64,000 nucleotides of DNA from Lama glama (Eukaryota). Shown here one piece after another: positions 12,231 through 23,975 of the stretch. The position numbers were made by a program, and so were the translations under genes. Below the pieces are notes generated by a model. The model was not told the DNA's origin, searched no databases, and was given only the letters and a program-made list of their open reading frames with translations. Location: positions 42,348,001 to 42,412,000 of the forward strand of contig CM052817.1 of assembly GCA_028534125.1 (NCBI GenBank), in the 5' to 3' direction. Positions within the stretch are counted from its first letter, which is position 1. The number at the start of each line of letters is the position of its first letter.

Positions 12231-14551
12231 CTACTACTTTTAGCTGCTTTATTTGTTGGGAAGAATTAGGGGATGACCATAATTTGAAGCTAGAGCTCTG
12301 ATTTTAAAAAAATTAGGTTCCCAAGCAGAGTATTGGTAAAAAATCCTAGAATGAGTGTGCCAGGTTCAAGATTAGTTAAACCCTTAGGGAGAATTCCTTC
12401 CTTGTATTTTTATAACAACTACAAAATTTCTACCCAGTTACTCTGAACAAGCCCTTTTTGGGATACCAATTCCCTGGTAAAGCTGGGACTCCCTGGGCAG
12501 AATGACAAGGACGCTTTTTAACTCTGTGAATGGTGCCATTATTTCTCCCGTTTCCAAACTACTCTTACCCTGGAAGAAGGTAAAATTTTGAAGAAGTATG
12601 TGACTGTAGTTTCTAGCTAGCTTGTGCCTTTTCTGGATTTTCTTTGATTTTGTAAACTCTTGAATTCCAACGACAATCATTGTCTATAGCAGTTTTTCCC
12701 AGAAATCCTGGGAATACCTGAGTCATGAATAAGAAATCTTAACACAAAATTACGTAAGTAATTTAATTAATAGAAAATATTATGCTGCATCAAATGTGCA
12801 TGTGGAAAACTTGGATGTGATCTGTAACAGCAAACCCAAATCTGACGGTGTGTTCCTTGCCTTGCATCTTGGCTCTCTTGACTCTGTACTTTGACTCTAA
12901 TTCCTTCTCTACCAGCCCTGGAAACATCTTTGTTGAGGATCAGTAGCTCAGTCCTTCTCCACATCTCACTCTAATACCCTCAGATTGTACATGACTCACG
13001 GGGAAGCCAGGAAAACCACTTCCAACTCTCTTACACTGATTCTGGCCAAGCCTTCAGTTTCCTTGTGCTGGGATCCTTTTGCTTTCTTGCTTTAAAAATC
13101 GACAGACTGTAAAATAGCTCTTACCCATCTAAACAACTTTCCGTGCAAGTCATCAAAATTCAATCTGATGTTCCCAAATACGGGAGGAAACTTGATTCCT
13201 TTCAATGTTGGAAACCACTTTGGTGCCACCAGTTCTCTCCTCCCCCCCACCCCCCAGTCCCTCAGTGCATTTGGGAGCCTTCTCAAGATTTTGCTCCAAT
13301 CCTGAGGGAGTCCAACCTGCCTGTGACATTTCCTTGATTTATGGTTGTGAGGTTTTTCAAATAATGTAAGTATTCAGGAGGAATATTTTAAATGAAAACT
13401 TGGGATTTTGTTTTAGATAGAGCCAAAGCCATGCATCTCTCATGGCTGCTCTTCTGTCTCATTTTGTACTTCTGGATACGAAGCCCTCCTGGATGTCCAG
13501 ACAGTGTGGGAGTCTTGACATGATGAGGTGACTATGTTTCAATGGTTTTTCTGCAGTTGGCCAAGTGGTCACTGGTTGGTTTACACAGTGGAAGTTTTGC
13601 AAAAATTGCTTTGATGAGAGTAAAAGAAAACTCCTATTTTTTCTCCCCTGGGAGCTGTAGTAAAGATGAATCAATATATTTTTTTATTAATTAGCCCTGA
13701 AGAGAAAAATGGGAGAAAAGTAAGGAAGGTCGTTAGTGAGGGAATTTTCTGGAACTCTACTGAAGCAAGTGCTGATACTATTTCTTAAGGTCAAAGATTG
13801 GAAGATGGAAGTTAAACTTGGCTTGTTTCCCACATGTGCTGACAGTTGAAGCTCAGGGAAGTTTAATCCCTTTTATATACAGATTGAATTAAGTGGTCAT
13901 GAATTTCTGCAGTACTAATTAGCTTTAAACCAATGAGAAATCACTTGATAGAGTAAGAATATAATGCCCAGAACAACCAGAGAACCTGAAAATTTTGTCA
14001 TTCTGTGTTGTGGCTCTAAAGAGCACTACAATGTTAAGCAGAGAGAGATGGGAATTTTACCTGTTTCCTTTCTGCTGCTTAATTTGTTACTTCGTGTCCT
14101 CACAGTCAGAAATGCTAAATAACCTGCGAGGGAACTGGAATCTAAATCAGGCTTATATAACTGTCCCTGTAACTGCTAAACTTGTTTGGACATAGATGCA
14201 ATCTAGCAGGAGGGATTCTTAAAAAATTACTTTTTACTGTATAAGAGATAAACTCATACACACGTCCAGACACCTATATTCCTAAGTTGATGATTAGATG
14301 AGTATTTAGGTATGCAGTTATTAGATTGTTGTGTATGAGCAAACAAGTGGGAGAAATTTAAGGCACTGACATAGTCTCAATGAAAGCATAACATCTGATG
14401 CAAGTTACCTCTTCAAAAACATCTGATGAAGAAACATACTCTTCTTAAGGTATTGGGGCACAGTTTTACCTGAGAACCTCAGGTAAATTCTGTATTTTAG
14501 TATGTATTCATATCTGTCTTAGAATTATAAGTGTAACGTCCTATAATAAAC

Positions 14552-14851
14552 TTTATTTTTTATTGACGTATAGTCAATTTACGATTATATATAGCAGTTA
14601 GTATCTGCAAATCCTGAACTCCCAGTTTATTCCTTCGCCTCTCCCTTTCCCCACTGGTAACCATAAGTTTGTTTTCTATGTCTGTGAGTTTGTTTCTGTT
14701 TTGTAAACAAATTCATTTGTGTCATTTTTTTTTTTTTTTAGATTCCATATATAAGTGATAACATATGGTATTCTTCTTTCTCTTTCTGGCTTACTTCACT
14801 TAGTGTGACGATCTCCAGGTCCATCCATGTTGCAGCAAATGGCATTATTTA
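14552..14851 (-). mobile_element. Young L1 3' end with internal deletion
   Basis: attgacgtatagtcaatttac...ggtaaccataagtttgttttctatgtctgtgag...ttcacttagtgtgacgatctccaggtccatccatgttgcagcaaatggcatt. Confidence 0.9.
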
Positions 14852-14994
14852 TATAACCTTTTAAGAGGAACAAAAACATAATGATAGGTTTTCTTCCCCA
14901 AATCTCTGTGAAAGATGGGTTTTCCGGAAAGATGTGTTCAGTTTTTAATCCTACACTTTGGTGTACCACTGGGCACACTGGAGTGTTGTTCTAA

Positions 14995-15160
14995 TTCAGT
15001 GGATTGTAGCTCTGGCTGAATGGTAGAAATGTTAGGGTTCCTTTTTGAAAATACCATTTGTAGGCTTTACTGAAGTCCCATTAAATCTGAATCTCTGGGA
15101 AAGATGTTTCTAATCTCCCCAGATGAATACAGTGTATGTCCAGAGGGGAGAACCACTGCT
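14995..15160. mobile_element. MER5-type hAT-Charlie MITE
   Basis: aaatctgaatctctggg...ctccccagatgaat...gagaaccactg terminus. Confidence 0.6.
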
Positions 15161-17363
15161 GGACCTGGAGATGTGGCCAGTTTGAGAAACATGGATGAGA
15201 TCACATTAGACGCCATCTATCATTATACCTGTCTTCACATCACACCTCTCTTTGAAATTTTCCCTCATCCCTGGGCCTTAGAACAGCTGTAAATACATTG
15301 GTGAATTGATCGCAGGAAAGTGGAAACCTGACCCTCATGGAAACCCAGAACTCGTGTGTGGCCCCGGAGATCCTGAAGATCAGCATACTAGCTACAGCAG
15401 AGAAATAACTACTGCTTAGCACTTGGGCATTGATTTTTTTTTTCAGAATAAATTCTTATATCTAAAGAAAATTTTAATTTGACAAAAATCGAAATTGATG
15501 ATTTTCTGGGAGTATTTAATAATTATAATTTTATCAGTCTGACTTTTAAAACCCCACCAAATTCTCCCATAATATTTTCAGTATTTGCTGAAGGATAACA
15601 TCCCCCCTTGCCTTAATCATGTGCCAGATTACTCGTAAACCTGGACCATATGCCACTGCAATTTGCTGATGGGCCCAAGCTGTTTTGGTAGATAAAAAAT
15701 CCAAGGGGATTAGAATGGCTCAATCCTCGCTGCGAACAGAGCAACGGCAGTAGGGCAGCTCCACGCTCTCCTCTCTCTCCTTCTCCGGACATTACCTACG
15801 GTCTCTTCAACCCAAAACCCAGAGATCATATCAATGCCTGCAAAAATGTATTTCACCCTAATAAGGTCTTTCTTTAGACACTTAGACTGAAACCAAGCTT
15901 CAGAGACACACAGATCATGCAAAGGGTGGAACAGAGATCATTATGTGTGAAAGTAGGAAATATTTCCCCAATTGTGTCTTTAGGATGGTCCTGGGGGAGA
16001 TAACACTCTTAAGTTGATGAGGGACATAAATGACATCTTTCTCCTTTACTTGGCTCCTGAGTTCTGTCCAGCACAGTGAATTCTCTGTCATCAATGTTTG
16101 AATGACTACAAGTTCTTCTGTTTATAATAAAATGAACTTCTATGACTCTTGACTTAAAATCAGAATCAGATGGTTGATTAAATTATTAAAAGTTAAAATG
16201 ACCTTTGGCAAAATATAATTTTCTGGAGGACACTTTCTCCCACTCCAGTTTTTCCTTTCTATTGCAAGTGAAACTTTCCCCAAATGAGGAGGTCATTGTG
16301 ATTTATTTTTGTGTGTCTTCAGATCCATTTTCTTGATAGCAGCCACTTGTTTTAAACATCTGACATGGTGTCTTTAAAGATAAAGAGATAAAACATTGAT
16401 TTGAAGCATACTAGTTATTTATATGGCTGACAATGCTTTATACAAATATAAATGGTAAGAAAATGCTTATTATTCAGATTTCTATGTTACTGTTAAATAA
16501 TGTGCATACTGAACAGTTCTGTGTGGATTTTGGAGGGTTGAAAACTTGAAGTTTAGAGTTGGAAGCAGTAGAACTCATCCAATGCAGGAATCACCTGCAT
16601 CTTCCTTTGCTCAATTCAAGAATCTTCTCCAAATGTTCCTGGAAAATCTTATTTGAACACTTCTAATGATGAGGAATGCTAGAGAGCCATTCTTTCTATT
16701 GAATTTGAATCTTACACCCTGTAACTATTATTTATAGTTCTACCTTTGAGAGCTCAGTAGAATACTTTAATTTTGTTTTTCTCTATGATCACCCGTCCGA
16801 TACTTGTCTGAGAGACACAATCCTACCCTTAGGAATGTGACAGTAATAATGGGAACCTTTACAAAAGAATTTGCCTTTCACTGGAGATCCCACTTCTTAC
16901 ATACAGGGACCAGTGTTCCAAAAGCATTATTCAATATTACAACCAGCCAACCAATATGTGTGCTCAGAATGAATCACACCCATCTTAACTGTCTCTTTTT
17001 GGCAGTCAGAAAGGGATCATGCTCTCCTCGAACTCCTCCTTGCTCTTTTTTGACGAACATTAAAGCACAGCTTATTTAGAAGATCTGGTATCATATTACA
17101 ACAAGCAACTTAGGTAGCTTTCTTATTCCTTGTGGTGGTGAGTTCTTTCTTAATGACATATCAATTAATTAATTCACTAACTTCTTCCATTGTCTCTTAG
17201 TCAGGTTTCTTTCAGTTGACAACGACACAAACATAAATCCAGCTCTCGTTAGGAACAAAGGGATTGTTACTATTTTTGTTATAACTGCACAAGCAAAATT
17301 CAGGTGTAAGATTCAGAATTCCGGCAATGTAACCAAGCCTCCCTTTCTCTTGATCTCTTGCCA

Positions 17364-18185
17364 CGTGGGGAAGAATGCACTGTGTTGTTTATTTTCACAC
17401 TACTGCCACACTTAGAATGCTTCTGGCACCAGATGTGTGGGTTTGTTTCCACAATGACCAGTTCTCCAGCACCTGCTGGGTGTTCTAGCATCAGTTCAGT
17501 TCTGACGCTATCTACCAGGAGTTAGTACCACAACCCACAAGTTAAGGGCTCAGGCTCACAAGACTGCCTCCCCTTCAGGTGCCAATTGCAAGCCCCAGGT
17601 TGTCACCTGTACTTCTGACTGACTAGCTCTCAGTGTTTCCAGGACCGTTTCCTTGGGTTTGATAATTTGCTAGAACAACTCACAGAATTCAAGGAATCAT
17701 CTACTTACAGTTACCAACTTATTATGTAATAAAGGATACGATCAAAGGGATAAAGATGAACAGCCAGATGAAGAGATACAAAGGGTGATGGCCAGAAGGG
17801 ACCTCAGCACAGAAACTCCTATCCCCATGGAGTCGGGATGCACTGCCCTCCTGAAACATAGATGTGTTTCCCAAAATTCTTTAGAAAATTTTACAGCAGC
17901 TTTAATCATGTAGACATGATTGATTATGAACTCATTTTTCAGGCTCTCTCCCTCTCTGGAGACTGGGGAGATGGGGCTGATAGTTCCAAATTTCTAATTA
18001 TGGCTTGGTCTTTCTGGTGATTGCCAACCATCCAGAAGCCCACCAAGAATCACCTCATTAAAACAAGAGATGCTCTTAGCACTCAGGAAATTACAGGGCT
18101 TTTAGGAGTTCTGTGTGAGGAACCAAAGTCACAGATCAAATATTAGCAGGAACGAGAGGCAGAGACCAAAATGTACATCTTCACA
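17364..18185 (-). mobile_element. MER21-type LTR
   Basis: cttctggcaccagatgtgtggg...cagttctgacgctatctacc...gttaagggctcag; ends gagaccaaaatgtacatcttcaca. Confidence 0.85.
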
Positions 18186-18389
18186 CGGAAAGTGTAAAGA
18201 CAGCACCTCCTTCTGGAAGTCTCAGGGGAGGATTACAGTGGCCACTTAGACCTGTGTTTAATTAAAACCCTGCCCCTCGGTTGGCCGCTATGAAGATGAG
18301 TTAATAGATCACTTTAACAGAAAGACTGGGTGTTTCAGTCAGCTGTTTCTGCACCTGGGGTGTAGCCACAGTGAGTCCTCATGTGACAT

Positions 18390-18775
18390 TTAAGAACTGG
18401 TTCTCAGGTCACTATAGCCTTGTGGGTCTTGTGAACAGAAGCCCTGTTGACATTCAAAGCTAGACGCTTTGGGAGCCATCTCTCAGGTGCTGGTCTCGGA
18501 AGTTGAGCTGCCAGATTCAGGGTTCAAACCTTGGCTCCTCAGGAGAGGTTGTAAGTCACCTCTTGACTGTGAGTCGCTGTGCCAGGGGTAGGGTTCAGGA
18601 TGAGATTGTGTCTTGGTCTCTCTCACCCATTTTCGTGTGTTTTTCTTCCTGTTCATCCAATGCGTGGGAGTTGCTTGGCTAGTTTCAAAGTTTCTTTCAT
18701 ATGTGGCTGAAGATTTGGTGTGTCCATGGGAGAAGGTGAGTTCAAAACCCCTCTACGTTGCCCTCTGAAACCTGA
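18390..18775 (-). mobile_element. Isolated L1 5'UTR fragment (Laurasiatherian L1 type)
   Basis: agatttggtgtgtccatgggagaaggtgagttcaaaacccctctacgttgccctctgaa resembles the antisense extreme 5' end of such L1s. Confidence 0.65.
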
Positions 18776-20189
18776 GTCTGTCTGCTTGCCACGCATCTGT
18801 GTGCAGCTTGGTCCCCAGCACGTCCAGCTTGGGCTGTAATCCAGTTCATGCGGGATGGAGGGAGTTCAGTTTTCTCACTCTTCCCGAATGTCACCTGATC
18901 TTTCATGGTTGGTCAGGACAGAGTCACATGCCCCACTTTGTACCCAGGTTCCTGTAACTGGGTTCTTACCTGGCCTCTCCATCTCTCTTCTATACTCATA
19001 TGGAAAGCAAGGTGATATGGTTTAATGTGAATGCCGTGACCTTAGGATCTGAATTTTCCCAGTGATTTTTGGTATTTTTAAAGCTGGAAAACATTTTTCA
19101 AAATTTATGCTTCTACTACCGAATTCTGCCCATAAAATGGTCTCAAAAAGTGAATACATATCTGAAACATCTTTTTTTGTTCTAAGATCAGTTCTAGCAT
19201 TAAACCCACAAAAACTCTGTCATGTAGAGAAGACGTAAAGTGGATTTATTTACAGTGATTAGAAAATAAAACAACAGAATTTATGATGAGGGCCTTGAGT
19301 TATGAGAAATGTCTTTAAGCTATTAACTTAAAAAGATTTCAAAGTCCCTTTTTGTCAAATATCAAACTGTATAAAGAGGTATTTATTTGGTTTTGATAGT
19401 TAAATTACCACTTAAAAATTCTTAAAATCTTCAAACATCTTAAGTAGTTCTGATAAACAGAGTACGAGATGTGGGAAGTGTGGAATCAAAACTGTTTTCA
19501 CTCATTAGGGATGACCTTACATAGTCTCACCAGTTATGAGTTATCAGGACATCTGTAACTTGTGAACATGATTTTCATATCATATTCCCAAATATTATGT
19601 ATTTCCTCTTTATTTTTGAAAACATGTAAATATACAAATAACATATTGAGGGATGTATTTTTTCATATTTACTAAGTTATACTAAATCGTTAAAACAGGA
19701 GTTAACAAGTCCATTTGTTAAGATATGCCAACAAAAGCATAACAAAACATACTACCAGAAGTATGCACATCCTGGCTCCTTCACTGAAAAGGTCACCTTT
19801 CCAGAGCGTAACAAACTGGTGCATTGGGAAATAGAGAAACATCAATCAAGTCAAGTACATTTTTCACTTGTGTACTGAAGGCACAGTAAAGTGAGCATTA
19901 ATTAAAAAAAAACTTTATAAAGTGAGAAATGGAGATTAAAAGATCAAAGGGCTGGATGAGAGAGTTAAGCAGATAAAGATATGGAAATCTGTTTCAAATC
20001 TGTTTCCACACAATCACTTAAAGAAGGAGATGGAATCACTTAAAGAAGACAGGTTGGAAAATCCAGGCTGACTTTTTGGTGGGATTATGCCAGTTGGCAT
20101 CTGTACTGAGTGCATCAAATGCCCTGCCCCACATCTTCTTGGACCACTTTTTACTCCAGCCATTGTTGCAGCCTTAATATGACAGGACT

Positions 20190-22200
20190 TAGCCTCAGCT
20201 GCACAGCCATACTGGTGTCTCGGTGGAGGAGGGTGAGACAGAGGCGATGCCAGCTGGTGCTAAGTGCTATGGAGAAAAGTAGAACACAGGGGTAGAAACA
20301 GGTGCCAGCATGTGGAGATGGGGCAGTTGCAATTTTTCATAAGGCAGTCAGCAAAGACCTCACTGGGAAGATAGTGTTGCAACAAAGACCTGAGGGGAAT
20401 GAGAGAGTGAGTCTCTCTGGGGAGGAGCCTTGTGGACACAGGAAACAGTGCAGAAACTCGAAGGCGGCAATACTCCTGGAAGGTTCCCGAGTAACTCAAG
20501 AAACCAGCATCTCTGGAAGAGAGCAAGCCAGAGAGGCAGGGAAGCAGGAGATGAGCTGATGGTGCCAGGAAGTGGAGAGCCTACAGGCCTCTCTAAAGAT
20601 GCTGGCTTGGAGACTGTGATGAGATGGGAACTCAATGGAAAGTTTTGAGAGAAGAACTGACATGTTGTGGTGGGTGTTGAGACTGGGCTGGAGAGGGTGC
20701 GGCCAGGTGTGGAAGCAGAGACATCAGGTAGGAATCTACTGCGACAATTACACTGAGAGATAATAGCAGCTTTGCAGAAGCTGGGAGCAACAGATGCAGG
20801 AGGAGATGGGAAGTGAGATTCCAGGTGTACTTTGATGGTAGAACTGGTAGAATTTGCTCACAGGTAAGATGTGAGATATGAGGAGCAAGGATCATTTCAA
20901 GATTCTAACTGAGAAACAGGAGGAAGAATCACTATTAACTGAAACTGAGAAGACTTTGACTTGGTTGGTGGGTTTGGGAAAAGGATTAAATTCTAGATAC
21001 AATAAGTTTGAGATACCTATTAGACATTGAAATGGAAATATAAATTAATCAGTAGGCTGTGTATATGTGTCTGGAATTCAGGAGAATGCCCGGGATGAGA
21101 TGTAAATTTGGGAGTTATCATCCAGATGGCATTTTGCCACCAAACTGGATGAATCACAGAGATAGTGTGTATGGGGAGAAAAGAGAAGGGGTCTGTGGAC
21201 TGAACTCTGGGTCACTCCAGTGTGTTGAGGTTGGGGAGCCCAGGAGAATCTTGCAAAGGACCAGAGAAGGAGTGGACATTGACGGTGAGGATAACAGACA
21301 ACTTCTAAAGGGAAGACCAGAGTGGAGTTGTGGCTGGAGGGGACCTGCGAGGTTAAGAGAAGGGTTCTTCTGTTAATACTGGAGGAATAATAGCACACAC
21401 ACGGGCTGTTAGAAACTATTGGGTAGAGAGGGAAATTTGGTGATGCAAGAGAAAAGAAAGAATCGCCAGCGCTATGGCCTTGAGTAGGCAAGAGAGCGTG
21501 TGACTTCATGCACAAAGGACCTTTAGTAGGAGCACAGGTTGTGCAAAACGACAGGATGACAGGGAGCAAACAAGGAAGGATCTGTGGGCCCGGATGCCGA
21601 AAGGTGGTCAGAGGTGGTGATTCAAGCTTCCAGGCTTGTGAGGGTTGTGTTTTCACTGTTTCTATTTCCCCGTTCCATAGGAAGGAAGGTCAACAGCTGA
21701 AGTGAAGACAGGGAGGAGGCACTGGGTGAATGAGGACAGCGGGGTTTGAAACAGTCCTCTGGAAGCGTGGGAGAGTGAGTGGATCAGGGAAACCTGCATG
21801 GCCCCTGAGCTGCAGGGACCCATTTGAAAGCGGGGCATGTGCATTTAAAGTTGTTTGCTTTTTCTCCCAGCCATGTTCAGCTGAGTGGAGGAGCAGAATC
21901 ATCGGAGAGCTGAATTTAGCCAGGATGGGGGTTTGGCCAGTCTAATATGATAAATGAAAGACATGCAGGGGACGGAGGGTGTACACAAGGGATACCAATG
22001 GTTTTATATTGTAGATTTGTTTTCGTTCGAATCAATTCCCTCATCTGACTTTAACTTTTCTACTGAAGTTACCACCTCTCATTCATCCAACTGTGGAACC
22101 CCAGAGCATGATCCTTGCTCCTCATGCATGGAAGGGAGGGAGCAGGGTAAGGGGGGAAAAGAGTCTAGTGTCAGAATATGGAGGCTCTAGAAATCTGAGC
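20190..22200 (-). mobile_element. Long L2 LINE remnant
   Basis: taagtgctatggagaaaa..., aagtttgagatacctattagacat..., gtctggaattcaggaga...tgtaaatttgggagttatca. Confidence 0.75.
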
Positions 22201-22294
22201 TAGAGAACACTGTTCTTAATAAATTCTCCATCCAGGAGAACCAGGAGGAAGCAGCATGGTCTTTCCTGACCTAACCTCAGAAATCTGAGTTGAA

Positions 22295-22472
22295 CAATGA
22301 CCTGTTTTTGTAAATAACTTGCACTGGGACACAGTTACATCCATGTTTTTACATGTTGTCTGTGGCTGTTTTTGCATTTTGACAGCAGAGTTGAATGGTT
22401 GGGCAGAAACTGTATACCCTGCAAAACCTAAAATTGTCTGGCCCTTTAGGGGGAAAAGTTTGCTAAACTCTA
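22295..22472 (+). mobile_element. MER58A-type hAT MITE
   Basis: cctgtttttgtaaataa...gcagagttgaat...tgcaaaacctaaaattgtctggccctttag...aaaagtttgc. Confidence 0.85.
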
Positions 22473-23184
22473 ACCTAAAACTCAAAAGAGCATCCTAAGT
22501 GGGAGCTTTCAAACTGATCAGTCTTGGGCTTTGTTGCGTAAATGAACCTTGTCATGCAAACCTCCAGTATTTATAGAGCAGTACCTACCAAGGGATCAGG
22601 TTCCTCAGGGAGATTATAGGGCCTTTCTTACCCCTCATTTCCTAACTCCAGAGACTGTCCCTAAGACGAGACACAACACATGAACTGCACCCAGATTTAA
22701 GCATTAATTTTGGGATGTTTGCCAGACCAGATGGTTAGAAAAGCTAAGTACTATTGATTTATTTCTTATCCTTTATGAGGCAACATTAGAGACAATGGAC
22801 CTTATCAGAACAAATGAGAATAAACAACAGAATGCAGATCAGAGGAGAATTAAGAACAAATGCTACTGGATTTTATTAGGCTATAATTAATTTTGTATGT
22901 AGAAAAGCACTAATTATTAGTTAATTGTTGACCACACCAACAGAGCTTTATCTCATGGCAGCTGGGCAAGGATGGACTTCTCTGTTTCATGAATGTCACT
23001 CTCTCCCGTATAGTACTGTGACCATAATCTCCAGTACCCTGGGAATGCTTTCCTGCAAATGCAATTAATCATCCATCAAATGCCTTTGAGCACTTAGTAG
23101 ACATTAGAGGCTTGGGGAAACAGATTAACAAGACCTGATTCCCGCCAACAATGTTGCAGTCCAGTGGTGATTTGCACCCAGAAC

Positions 23185-23385
23185 TGCAATGATTGTTCTT
23201 AACATGGTTTTGGATCACAGACCTTTATGAGATTGTGATCAAAACTACAAACCTTATTTTTAGAAAAACAGATGTGCAAAGGCACATCTAAACAGAATTT
23301 TACATGTAATTTCAAGAGACACTATATTTCCTGAAGGTCATTTATGAAAGTCTGTGTGGGAGCTTACTCCCTTTTTAAAATCCTT
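23185..23385. mobile_element. Ancient hAT-Charlie-type non-autonomous DNA transposon
   Basis: ttcttaacatggttttggatcacagacctttatgagattgtgatcaaaact...aattttacatgtaatttca. Confidence 0.55.
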
Positions 23386-23904
23386 GTGGTACAGAGCACG
23401 GGCACAACTGAGAGAGAGAGAGCTGGTGTGTGTGCGCTCACACATACATGCAAGTGTCTTAGTTTCTTAAGGAACTTAAGATGGAAAAATATTTTCTAGC
23501 TGGGAGGAATGGCTTATGCAAAAGTAATGAGACATGTTAAATCGGGGGAATTCAGGAAGTCAAAGCAGTTTGGTTGGACACATTCCGAGGGCAGATGACT
23601 AATGTCTTGGGAGAAGAGGCTGAAAAAAGACTGAAGACTGAGTCACACCTAGTATATTGTATGAGTAGATCTGTCACTCTTCCTTGAAGGACTGCATGTC
23701 CCTAAGGGGGGCACACACTATGGGACATGCAGCTTAACGCAGGACACATATTTGTTTGCCTCTACCTGGTTGTTTATTGCTGATTTTCTCTTTTCTTGAT
23801 TTTTTCCTTTATTTTTTTTTAAATTTAGGCATATGCTAGTGAACAAGGATCTTTATATATACTATATCATAGGATCTAATTAAATGTTGTAGCAATCACA
23901 CTAG

Positions 23905-23975
23905 CTTTTATTATTTACTATTTATTTATTATTTTATTTTATTATTTATTATTATTTATTTAGCTTTTATTTTAC
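23905..23975. repeat. (TTAT/TTATT)n low-complexity tract within a MIR remnant
   Basis: Visible AT-rich tandem run; MIR motif gaaaacagatccagagaggt follows. Confidence 0.8.

Noticed and set aside
21078..21656. Longest ORF (192 aa, minus strand)
   Set aside because: Lies within a decayed L2 remnant; no recognisable domain or gene structure.
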